In this document: positions 29,325 through 38,245 of the stretch, piece by piece
How positions within the stretch are numbered: position 1 is the first letter of the stretch
Layout of the letters: each line of letters starts with the position of its first letter
Assembly (NCBI GenBank): GCA_002811645.1
Contig: PDIP01000019.1
Location: 103,592-167,591, forward strand
DNA from: Corallochytrium limacisporum Hawaii
Lineage: Eukaryota; Protista; Pluriformea
Reading direction: 5' to 3'
Length of the DNA: 64,000 nt
Program-made: the position numbers and the translations under genes
Notes under the pieces: model-generated
Databases searched by the model: none
Told to the model about the DNA's origin: nothing
Seen by the model: only the letters and a program-made list of their open reading frames with translations

Positions 29325-31601
29325 ATGGCGGCCGAAAAAGAGGACATCAAGCGCCTCTTAATAAAGGCGCTTGGTGCTAATGCCATCCTCACAGATCTCT
29401 CAAAGACGGATCAGCGGGTAGACCTACTGGTGGACAACTGCATCATAGAACGGTACAAGAAGGGTGAGATCATTACTCAGCAGGGAGCCAAGAACCAGGA
29501 CATGTACGTCCTCGCCGAAGGCAGCGTCCACGCAGTGGTAGAAAAGGGAGAAGAGAAGAAGCGAGTAGTAGTTGACGAGCGTGGACCAGGCCAGGCGTTC
29601 GGTGAACTAGCGTTTGTGTACGATGCTCCTCGATCAGAGAGCATCGTGGCAATGGAGGATGTGGTGGTCTATCGCTTGCCGGAATCACTGCTGCAGAAAC
29701 ACATCGAAGATAGCGAAATGACACAGAATCGTTTCCGTGTCAAGCGATGGCTCCGAGATGTGCTCGAACGGCATCAGTTCTTCGCGCATTTGGATGATGA
29801 CCGCCGAAGGGAAGAAGTGATCCAGGAGTTCCGGGCCTCAGAGCACGCGGAAGGTACGGACATTGTCCGCCAGGGTCAGGAGAGTGACGGTCGGTTCTAC
29901 ATTGTCGAGCAAGGACATTGTGATATTTTAGTGAAAAAGGGTGAGAAAGACAAGGAACACATTGTCGGACATTTAGACGAAAGTGATTCATTTGGTGAAC
30001 TATCGCTTATCTACAACACTCCCCGCCAGGCAACAGTACGGTGCACGGACGCAAGCGTGGTCTGGAGCATTGATGGTGAGACATTCCGGAGGGTGAGCAA
30101 TTTTGGATCGCTGGCACTGTTGGATGCCTTCCTGGAGAATGCAAACGTTGAATTAGAGGGAGAGAAGTACATGACTGTGCAAGGGTTCGGTGATCTTCTG
30201 TCCAAGAACCGCACAGGCATTCATCTTTCCCCCGCGACTCAGCAGTTGATTTTCCTATTAGCTGACCAGACGGGTGCGCAGCTGCTCAGCTTCAGTGAGT
30301 TTGTAATCCTGCACATGTTGATGCAGCGCGAGAATGCCGCTTACGAGATTGCCTTCCGTTTCTTTGACCACAAGAAGGATGGTGTCATCTGGAAGGACGA
30401 ATTCGAACGGGCCATTAAAGTGATCACGTCGTCACAAGCACCGGAGTTAGAGGAGCATGGTTTGGCAGTCAGCGCGGACCAGGTCCTTAACGAAGAGTAC
30501 ATGGAGAAGTTGTTCGGTGTCGATGGTGAGGGCTACCTGACCTACGAAGAATTCGAAGAGGAACTGCATCGGGGAGGGCTCAAGCACCTTACCTCATTCT
30601 GGGACAACGTTGCTGACAGCCTGGAGCGCATCAGCGAGAGTTACATGCAGACTGCCGTGGAGACCGGCGAAGACGGTGTGGTCGCCATGCCCCAACGAAC
30701 GACCTACCGTAACGCTTGGAAGTATCTGGTGGCTGGTGGTGTGGCCGGTGCGGTGAGCCGAACGGCAGTTAGCCCGATCATTCGGCTGAAGATGCTTTTG
30801 CAGACGCAGGGTAAGCCGCCTCGGTACACGGGTATTGTACAGGGTCTGACGTTGATGTACAGAGAGGACGGTATTAGGGGCTTCTATCGTGGTAATCTTA
30901 CCAATGTCATTCGTATTGCCCCAACGAGTGCGTTCCAGTTCTTCTTCTACGAACTGTACAAGAGCACTCTGCTTGGAGAGGGCACACGTGATCTCAGTGT
31001 ACCGGAGCGCCTGCTGGCAGGTGGCTTTGCGGGAATCACGGCTGCATCCCTCACCTATCCCCTCGATTTCATTCGTGCGCGTTTGACTGTGCAACACAAT
31101 GACAATATGCAGTACAAAGGTATTGCGGATGGTGTGCGGCAGGTGGTCCAAAAGGAAGGATTCTTTGCCCTCTACCGTGGCTTGTGGCCCACGATTGTGG
31201 GAGTGTTTCCGTACATTGGCATTGACTTTGCGGTCTACGAGACACTGCGTCCGTACATTCCCCGCAATCCGAATACGGACGATCCATCTGTGGTCGGTCT
31301 GCTCGCGGTTGGTGGCTTTGCCGGAGCGGTCAGCCAAACCATCGCTTTTCCTTTAGAATTGGTTCGGCGTCGTTTGCAGGTGCAAGGATTCGTTCATAGT
31401 GAGTACAACTACAGTGGTGGCATCTGGAATGCCATCACTCTGACGGTACGGAAGGAGGGCGTCCGTGGACTGTACAGTGGTCTGAGTGCGAATTATATTA
31501 AGGCCGTGCCATCGATTGGCATTGGTTTCGTGGTCTACGAGCGCATGAAAAACGTGCTGGGAATCCATGACAAGAAGGTCAAGGTCGTGAGTGCGGGTTA
31601 G
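29325..31601 (+). CDS. Multidomain mitochondrial carrier: 2x cNMP-binding domain + aralar/citrin-type EF-hands + SLC25 adenine-nucleotide-clade carrier, 758 aa
   Basis: Phosphate-binding cassettes GQAFGELAFVYDAPRSESI and SDSFGELSLIYNTPRQATV. EF region FLENANVELEGEKYMT...ADQTGAQLLSFSEF...AFRFFDHKKDGVI. Three carrier repeats (PIIRLK, PLDFIR, PLELVR; EDGIRGFYRG, KEGFFALYRG, KEGVRGLYSG). One uninterrupted ORF. Confidence 0.93.
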   Translation: MAAEKEDIKRLLIKALGANAILTDLSKTDQRVDLLVDNCIIERYKKGEIITQQGAKNQDMYVLAEGSVHAVVEKGEEKKRVVVDERGPGQAFGELAFVYDAPRSESIVAMEDVVVYRLPESLLQKHIEDSEMTQNRFRVKRWLRDVLERHQFFAHLDDDRRREEVIQEFRASEHAEGTDIVRQGQESDGRFYIVEQGHCDILVKKGEKDKEHIVGHLDESDSFGELSLIYNTPRQATVRCTDASVVWSIDGETFRRVSNFGSLALLDAFLENANVELEGEKYMTVQGFGDLLSKNRTGIHLSPATQQLIFLLADQTGAQLLSFSEFVILHMLMQRENAAYEIAFRFFDHKKDGVIWKDEFERAIKVITSSQAPELEEHGLAVSADQVLNEEYMEKLFGVDGEGYLTYEEFEEELHRGGLKHLTSFWDNVADSLERISESYMQTAVETGEDGVVAMPQRTTYRNAWKYLVAGGVAGAVSRTAVSPIIRLKMLLQTQGKPPRYTGIVQGLTLMYREDGIRGFYRGNLTNVIRIAPTSAFQFFFYELYKSTLLGEGTRDLSVPERLLAGGFAGITAASLTYPLDFIRARLTVQHNDNMQYKGIADGVRQVVQKEGFFALYRGLWPTIVGVFPYIGIDFAVYETLRPYIPRNPNTDDPSVVGLLAVGGFAGAVSQTIAFPLELVRRRLQVQGFVHSEYNYSGGIWNAITLTVRKEGVRGLYSGLSANYIKAVPSIGIGFVVYERMKNVLGIHDKKVKVVSAG

Positions 31602-31802
31602 ATTTAGCCTGTCCTAACCTGATGCAAAACGCTCTATGTTTCCATTCGGTGCATATCCGTAAGGATTACACCAGTGGCTGCGATAAAGATACGACAACAA
31701 ATAGTGTAACAATTAGAATCCACACAGTGTACTATTTCTTTAAGTGTTGTATGACCTGTTCATTGATTGATGACATGGATGCATGCGGTGAAAGGGATCT
31801 CC

Positions 31803-32885
31803 TTAAATGTCGAGTGCCCCAACGAGCTCTGGTCCTTGGTCCACATCCGAGAATATATCGTCACGATCACTGTCCATACCATCCTCCTCCTGCCTCTGAT
31901 CAACGGCGTCAAGCCGGAACCGATCCTTCTGCGAGACGTACGCTTCCTGCCATTCACGGAAGGCACGGAATTTGCTCTCATCGATGGCACGGTCCCCAGA
32001 ACCCCGGGTGGCGAAGCCTTCGTTATCCCGCCATGGTGCCGAGCCAGCAGAGTGTGGACCCGCGTCCGGGGCTTGCGACCAGAACGGCACGCGCCACCAT
32101 CCGGCGAGCGCGGTCATGAGCTGCTGCTGTTGGTACCACAGAACGGCATTGATGAGGTCTTCTTCACGGAGATCAGGCCACATGTGGGGAACGAAGGACA
32201 GGAGCGCATCGGAGCACTGCCAGAGCATAAAATCACTGAGGCGAACCTCGCCACTGGTCCGAATCAGTAGGTCCACGGGCGGAGATCCCGCAGAGTAGAG
32301 CGCCAGTTCCAGGACTTCGGGGCTCAGATCGGTGGGATCCAGTGTACCGTTCGCAATACCACGGACCACTGAGCTCAGTCCTTGAGCCATTTCCTGTCGC
32401 GCAGTGTAGCTGAAGCAAACGTTGAGCGTGCACTGGCCGTTCCCTGCGGTGCGAAGCTCTGCCTCCTGAAGCGCGGCCCGGACCTCCGAGGATTCCACCC
32501 GCGAAAGATCTCCCAGAATTCGTATGCGCACACCCAAACGTTTGGCAGTGCCGTCCTCTGCGCTAAGATCCCGAAATTTGGTTACCACCAAGTCCATAAT
32601 TGCGTCGATCTCCTCCTGGTCCCGCTTAAAGTTCTCAATGCTAAAAGCGTATACCGTGAGGTGCCGAATACCAATTCTGTTCGCAGCTTGCATCATACGC
32701 TCAAGCGTACCAAACCCCTCGCGATGCCCATCGCTGGCACGAAGTTTATGTTGCCGTGCCCACCTGCGGTTTCCGTCCATGATTAGTGCTACATGTTGAG
32801 GGACACTGCACATTGGCAGCGGATTATACATGGCTGCTTGCCGGAGCACCCATTGTTTGGTGTCTTTGACCTGGTCCCACGACAT
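31803..32885 (-). CDS. DHDDS: cis-prenyltransferase / dehydrodolichyl diphosphate synthase (Rer2/DHDDS)
   Basis: PQHVALIMDGNRRWAR, TVYAFSIENFKR and DLLIRTSGEVRLSDFMLWQ. Confidence 0.95.
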   Translation of the reverse strand: MSWDQVKDTKQWVLRQAAMYNPLPMCSVPQHVALIMDGNRRWARQHKLRASDGHREGFGTLERMMQAANRIGIRHLTVYAFSIENFKRDQEEIDAIMDLVVTKFRDLSAEDGTAKRLGVRIRILGDLSRVESSEVRAALQEAELRTAGNGQCTLNVCFSYTARQEMAQGLSSVVRGIANGTLDPTDLSPEVLELALYSAGSPPVDLLIRTSGEVRLSDFMLWQCSDALLSFVPHMWPDLREEDLINAVLWYQQQQLMTALAGWWRVPFWSQAPDAGPHSAGSAPWRDNEGFATRGSGDRAIDESKFRAFREWQEAYVSQKDRFRLDAVDQRQEEDGMDSDRDDIFSDVDQGPELVGALDI

Positions 32886-35800
32886 GTTCTGGTTCGCTCT
32901 GTTTGTTTCTATGTGCGTGTGTGTGTATGAGTGTATCTGTGTGCTCTATGCGTGCTATGAATAGATTTCGTTACCTGTGTACTAGTTCACATAGTTCTTT
33001 AAATACTCCTTAGCATTTGCTCGCTCCCTATGGAATCCACTGCCACCTGTGCACAAATGGCCGTTGACAGACGTTGTTCTTTTATACCATATCCCATGGT
33101 CTGTAATCTAAAGTACCAATTACTTGTACGGAAACTTACCATCCATCGCGTCCAAATGTCTAGGTTGCCACTGCCAACAGCAACGTCTTACATCCCAAGG
33201 CGCAGGTACCCAATTGCTCCGTTGCCGAAGGTGTTCTGAAAAGCCAAGCTCTTGCCTTCGCGCCCACAGTAAAAGGTGGGGACGGGAGAATTTTGGGGGG
33301 GGTGGGGGGTTTGGTTGGTTGGCTGGCCGCCCGTGGTCGCTTCGCACCTTTGGCCCTCCGCGCCCCACTTTCCGTTCCAAAGTCTCCAGCGCTGACCCCC
33401 CTTTTTTTGTGCCCAAAGTTTTTCACCGTTCGTGACCGCTTCTGTTTGGAAGCGAAGCAGCAGCCCGCCTCCCCCCTACGCGGGGCTAGGTCCCACACTC
33501 AGGTCCCAACCGGCCAAATATAACTGATAACCTAATTAGCACATTGGCCGCGAAGGAGACCGAGGTAGGAGAGAGGTGGGCCCCCTCCTTCCCAACCCCT
33601 GAAGCCAAAATACGCGAGCGGCCCCGCTCCCTGCTCCGCCACCCGCGGAGTCCGGCATGGCCTCTCGCGGAAAAGAAAAAGATGAAAAAGAAAGGACCAG
33701 GTGCGAGGGCCGGGACAACCGGAGTCGATTTTTTCATCTCTAACCCTTTTTTTTTCTCTTTTCTTCTCTCTGTGCCAGTAGTCCTCCTTTGTGGGGAGGG
33801 GGGCCTTTTTTGTGGGGAATACACGAGCGAGGGACACAGGGAGAAAATTCAGCAGCAAAACGGTCACCACTGACGACCCGCCCAAGGGACAAGCACAACG
33901 GTGAAAGAGAGAGAGGAAGGGGGGGGAGCAAGGCAGGCACCAAGAAAAAAATGAATTCTGTCGTGGTAGTAGTAATTTAAGGAGAAAAATATTCTCTTCG
34001 TTTTCGCTATCGTCCGTCCAACTATCCATCGCTGGTCACTCCGGACGGTCGTCAGCAAGCCATCGGCCCAAGGCCGGTGGTAGTGGTAGTACTGGGAAAG
34101 ACCACCTTCCCGCGAAGGTGAAAGACGAAAAAAAAGTGACTTTCTGCAATCGAGCGGCAAAAATTTCTTCCCTTTTATGGCGGACAGAGGTGGGTCAGTT
34201 CAACCGTTTTCGGGACCCCCCGCCACTCCTCCCCCTCCCCGGGAGAAGCTTTTTTTGGGCAGTGCCGGATACCACACACGCACAGGGGGGACCCACCACC
34301 GCCGCGCTTTACACTTTCTTTCTCCTTTTTTTTTTCTTTCCCTTCCTGGACGGTTGGTGGTGGGTGGCAGCACTGCGGCTACTGCTGGCGGCTGCTGAGG
34401 TGATCGGGTTATACCCCAGTCGTCATCTACGGGTGGCCTGGTCTCCCGTCCCAATCTTCACCTCCCCCCCGGGGCGGGGGGCGAGGGACTCGCCCATCGC
34501 AAATAAAATACCTACGGCATTGGAAATAATCAATACATTCACCGTGTACTAAAGAGGGGGGTGGTGGTTTTTTTTTTCATTTTCTCCCTTTTTTTTTTCT
34601 TTTTGCCTTTGGTGGGGGGAGGGTTAAAGGCTAAGAGATATCTACTCTTCGGAGGTCGTTCACCAACTACGACTTTTTCTTTTGTTTCAACGGAGGAGGT
34701 CGAAGACGACGGTCTCACCCCAGATCCTTTCCTGGACCTATGACATCCATAGATACAATTTCCGTCTCCATCTATAGCTTATATTTAATATTGAGATACC
34801 GCACCTCTAATTTGATATACCTATATAGAGACAATAGACCCGCTTCCGATTTACGGGAGACCGTTTTTTTCTTCTTCTTTTTCCCACACCGCACGCAGGT
34901 AGTCCGAAACGGTGTGACCAGAAATAGCGCGGGAGTGTGAGCTGGCGTGTGCACAATTTGCACGGTGTGCCTATTCCTTCTTTTCCTTGCCTTTCTTTCT
35001 TTTCCATCTTTTTTTTAATTTTCGGTGACCAGAACGTGTCGCTGGCCAAACCCCCCCCCCCCGGGGGGAAGAAGAGTGCAGGAGTCGAGGCGGCTTTAGT
35101 TTCGTTGGTACTTTTTATTTCCTCCTTTGCCTTGGGTTTTTGTTGATATTTTTTTTCACGTTCTACTCTCTAGTCAGAATATTTTGGATCTTTGTCCCTC
35201 CCCCCCTCCTCCTCCTCTCCAGCCCCGGTGGTCTCCTTGCGATCCCTTGCTCAATATAGGCGTCGCTTCCACCCTTTTTTTTCTCCTTATCTCGCTTTTT
35301 TTTTTCTTTTTGGTTTTTTTTTAAAGTTGCTTCCGCTGTCGAAGATGGCCCGACCCGTGATCGGGGAGGGAAGAGGGGGGGAGGGGGGAAACTTTCCGTG
35401 GGTCTCCTTGATCCGCACGGTAGGGTGGGGGGAGGGATAGATGGCGGGTGTGTTTCTGCGGCAGGAAAAGGTGGTACATTTGCGCCCTTATATTTTTTTT
35501 TTTGGGTTGTGAGGTCCCCTTGCCAGTGACATCGTTCCGTGGCAGACCGTGACGTTGAGTCGGCAACAAAGACAGTGGAAACGAAATGCGGAAACTCGCC
35601 GGTCTGCGTGTGGCGCGGTTGTGGTGCTGCGTTGGATTGGTTTCCCGCTACTTGCTCGTTCGTATGGACGATGACGGCCTCGGTCACTTGGTGTTGAATC
35701 GCCTGAGCTTGGACTGACAGCCCAACCATCGCGGGTACTTGGGTCGTGTCATGTCTGTTACGACATATTATCCTTCACGGTTATGTTGGAACGAAAGCAA

Positions 35801-35934
35801 AAAAGAACGAGCTAGTTGTGCGATTTGCATACGTAGAAATACTATACACCCATGGATTGCGACAGAGTAGAAACGGTAGCATATACGATTTAAAGAACTG
35901 AATATTGTAACATAGACTCCCAGAAACCAACAGA

Positions 35935-38091
35935 ATGGCTTCGTTATCACAGAATTCGCTAGTCACACGACTAGCACGGCACGGAGCACGGCAATGGCTT
36001 GCAGCCGCATCCGCACAGAATTTCCAAAAGCGGGTCACACAAACGCTCAGCAGTGGCGCCCTATACGATCGGTGTCACTCCACACATCCATTGGTACAGA
36101 AACTCTGGGAGAGGGTTCACCCAGAGAGTGGTAACCACACAGCGACGACGGAGAAACTACTGGAGTCATCACTCACGGAGTTTTCTCGGGAATTCTCGAT
36201 GAAGCGTTTCGGCGGGCGGGACCTGGTTGCTTTGACTGGTCTCACAGTTATCGCGGGTAACCACAGCCCAGCACTTGTGGAACTTAGGCGTAATCTCCTG
36301 GAACAGTACCTGCCCAAATACCTGCACGAGTCCAGTCATCGCGAGTCTATTATACCGGATAGAAAGCAGTTAAGTGTGGTTGAACTGGGGGAGTTGGCCT
36401 GTCTCTTGGGAGGACCAGGCAGCGGTGGGTGGCAGGCTCGACTGCCGGTGTCGATCGGGGGACCATTGGCCGCCGCTATTACCCGTGCCATTGGACGGCA
36501 GGGTTGGAGCAACGATGCCCTTATTTGTCCGAGCAGTCCGTCGCTGATGATTAGTAGTCTGGGCACTTCGGCACAGTATCGCCGCATGCATGAGGGCAGG
36601 GGGATCGCAAGAGGCTTAATTGGACTGATCAGCAGTCTGCGGGAGGTTCGCCCGGCTGACCGTGAGCAATTGCAGCAGCACCAGTACTGCGAAAATGTCC
36701 GGGTCTGGACAGACATCCTCTTCCCTACGCACGAACCGTCGGTAACCACCGCAGAGTGGCAGATGGCCACCCGGAGCGTGCCGTACGCTATTGATCAATT
36801 GGTGCAGGCACTGCGGCAAAATTGTGGACAGTTTTTGAACGCGCTCCCTACAGCAGATCTGGTTATGCTGCTAGTAACCGCTGGAATGAATCTGCCTGTG
36901 CACAGCGGAGTTGAGTTCCAGCAGGCGCAACAGCAGCCTCCCACTCAGTCTGCTGGGACACTGCTCAGTGTAGCAGAACAGAAGCAGAAAAAACTAGTCC
37001 AAGCCATGACTGTGTCCATGCAGGGACTGATCGGGGATATCGCTGACGAACTTTTGGACCGTCGCCAGGACTTCCAGACGGATGTCTCTTTGACGCAGTG
37101 GAGTCAATTGCTCTACGTCTTTGCCCGGTTCCAGACCGTACCGGCGCTTGAGAGCAGGGACGGTGTGCGCGAACTATCCTGGACCGCCGCTCAGACAGTG
37201 CTTTCGTCTGCTGTAGCCACCAGCGCGGCGACCGGGCGTGCCATGCACGAATACCTGACGCCGCTCGCCTGGGGTCGGTTGCTCTGGTCTTTGGGTTATG
37301 TACAGGCACCAAGCGTCACGCCTGCATCTTCCTCTGTCAATGTCAGTGGCAGCCGAAATCGCCGACTACTCACACCCGTGATTGCACAGATCGTCGGAAA
37401 GGATCTACCCCGCCACCTGTCTGCAATGACATCTGTACAGCTCAAAGGTGTGCTCTGGTCTCTCCGCCGTCACTCGGTGTCCATCCCGCGCGACCTACGC
37501 CCTGCGGTCCTAGCCCGTTTACGCGAGTTACACGCTTGCTCTGAAGTTGCAACCGCGGATCTGCCACCGCTACTGCGCATGGTAGACCAGGGCCGGCCGT
37601 CACTGTTGGACCGTGACTCTACTCCTTCAGATTTGATTCCGTTGGTGCATCGAATGTTCACCACAGTAGAAGCAGATGAAGTCAGTGACCTGGATAATGC
37701 TGCAGATGGTGACGACTCTGTGGACATGGCAGAGCTTGAAGGAGCGCTCATTGAAAACCCACGACTGTTTGACTCGAAGCGCTGGCTGTGGTACGATGTG
37801 CCAAAGGCTACTAACGACGGTGGTATAGTTGATGACTCACTGTCCGCACCGCAGCAACCCCAACACACAACCGCCCTGCCTTCCCAGCTTCTCTTCAATC
37901 GAGAGAGCCATCTATCACTCCTAGCCATGGCCGCACCTAGTAGCACTGTTAGTGATGATATCGCCCCTACATCGTCGGCCTCCGCCAAACCCAGCACTGC
38001 CGACCTCCAGAGTCCGCGCCCTGGCGCAGAGAACACCGACAGCACCATCTCTCTGTCCAATGGTCTGATCTTTGACAAGGAATCGCAGTAA
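35935..38091 (+). CDS. Putative mitochondrial helical-repeat (HPR/OPR/FASTK-repeat-like) protein, 718 aa
   Basis: Presequence-like N-terminus (MASLSQNSLVTRLARHGARQW). Recurring helices SLTQWSQLLYVFARF, LTPLAWGRLLWSLGYV, MTSVQLKGVLWSLRR and LSVVELGELACLLG. The family is tentative. Confidence 0.6.
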   Translation: MASLSQNSLVTRLARHGARQWLAAASAQNFQKRVTQTLSSGALYDRCHSTHPLVQKLWERVHPESGNHTATTEKLLESSLTEFSREFSMKRFGGRDLVALTGLTVIAGNHSPALVELRRNLLEQYLPKYLHESSHRESIIPDRKQLSVVELGELACLLGGPGSGGWQARLPVSIGGPLAAAITRAIGRQGWSNDALICPSSPSLMISSLGTSAQYRRMHEGRGIARGLIGLISSLREVRPADREQLQQHQYCENVRVWTDILFPTHEPSVTTAEWQMATRSVPYAIDQLVQALRQNCGQFLNALPTADLVMLLVTAGMNLPVHSGVEFQQAQQQPPTQSAGTLLSVAEQKQKKLVQAMTVSMQGLIGDIADELLDRRQDFQTDVSLTQWSQLLYVFARFQTVPALESRDGVRELSWTAAQTVLSSAVATSAATGRAMHEYLTPLAWGRLLWSLGYVQAPSVTPASSSVNVSGSRNRRLLTPVIAQIVGKDLPRHLSAMTSVQLKGVLWSLRRHSVSIPRDLRPAVLARLRELHACSEVATADLPPLLRMVDQGRPSLLDRDSTPSDLIPLVHRMFTTVEADEVSDLDNAADGDDSVDMAELEGALIENPRLFDSKRWLWYDVPKATNDGGIVDDSLSAPQQPQHTTALPSQLLFNRESHLSLLAMAAPSSTVSDDIAPTSSASAKPSTADLQSPRPGAENTDSTISLSNGLIFDKESQ

Positions 38092-38245
38092 ACAACGCGC
38101 ACTGCAAACAAATCATAGTAGTTTTTATCGCATTCTTATTGCCGTAATCAAACACATCAACAATCACCATTCGTTCTGATTCATTACATTGCATTCATTA
38201 AAGAAAAATGCCAACATCCTCACCAAGCTGTCCTTTCTTTGGTCC

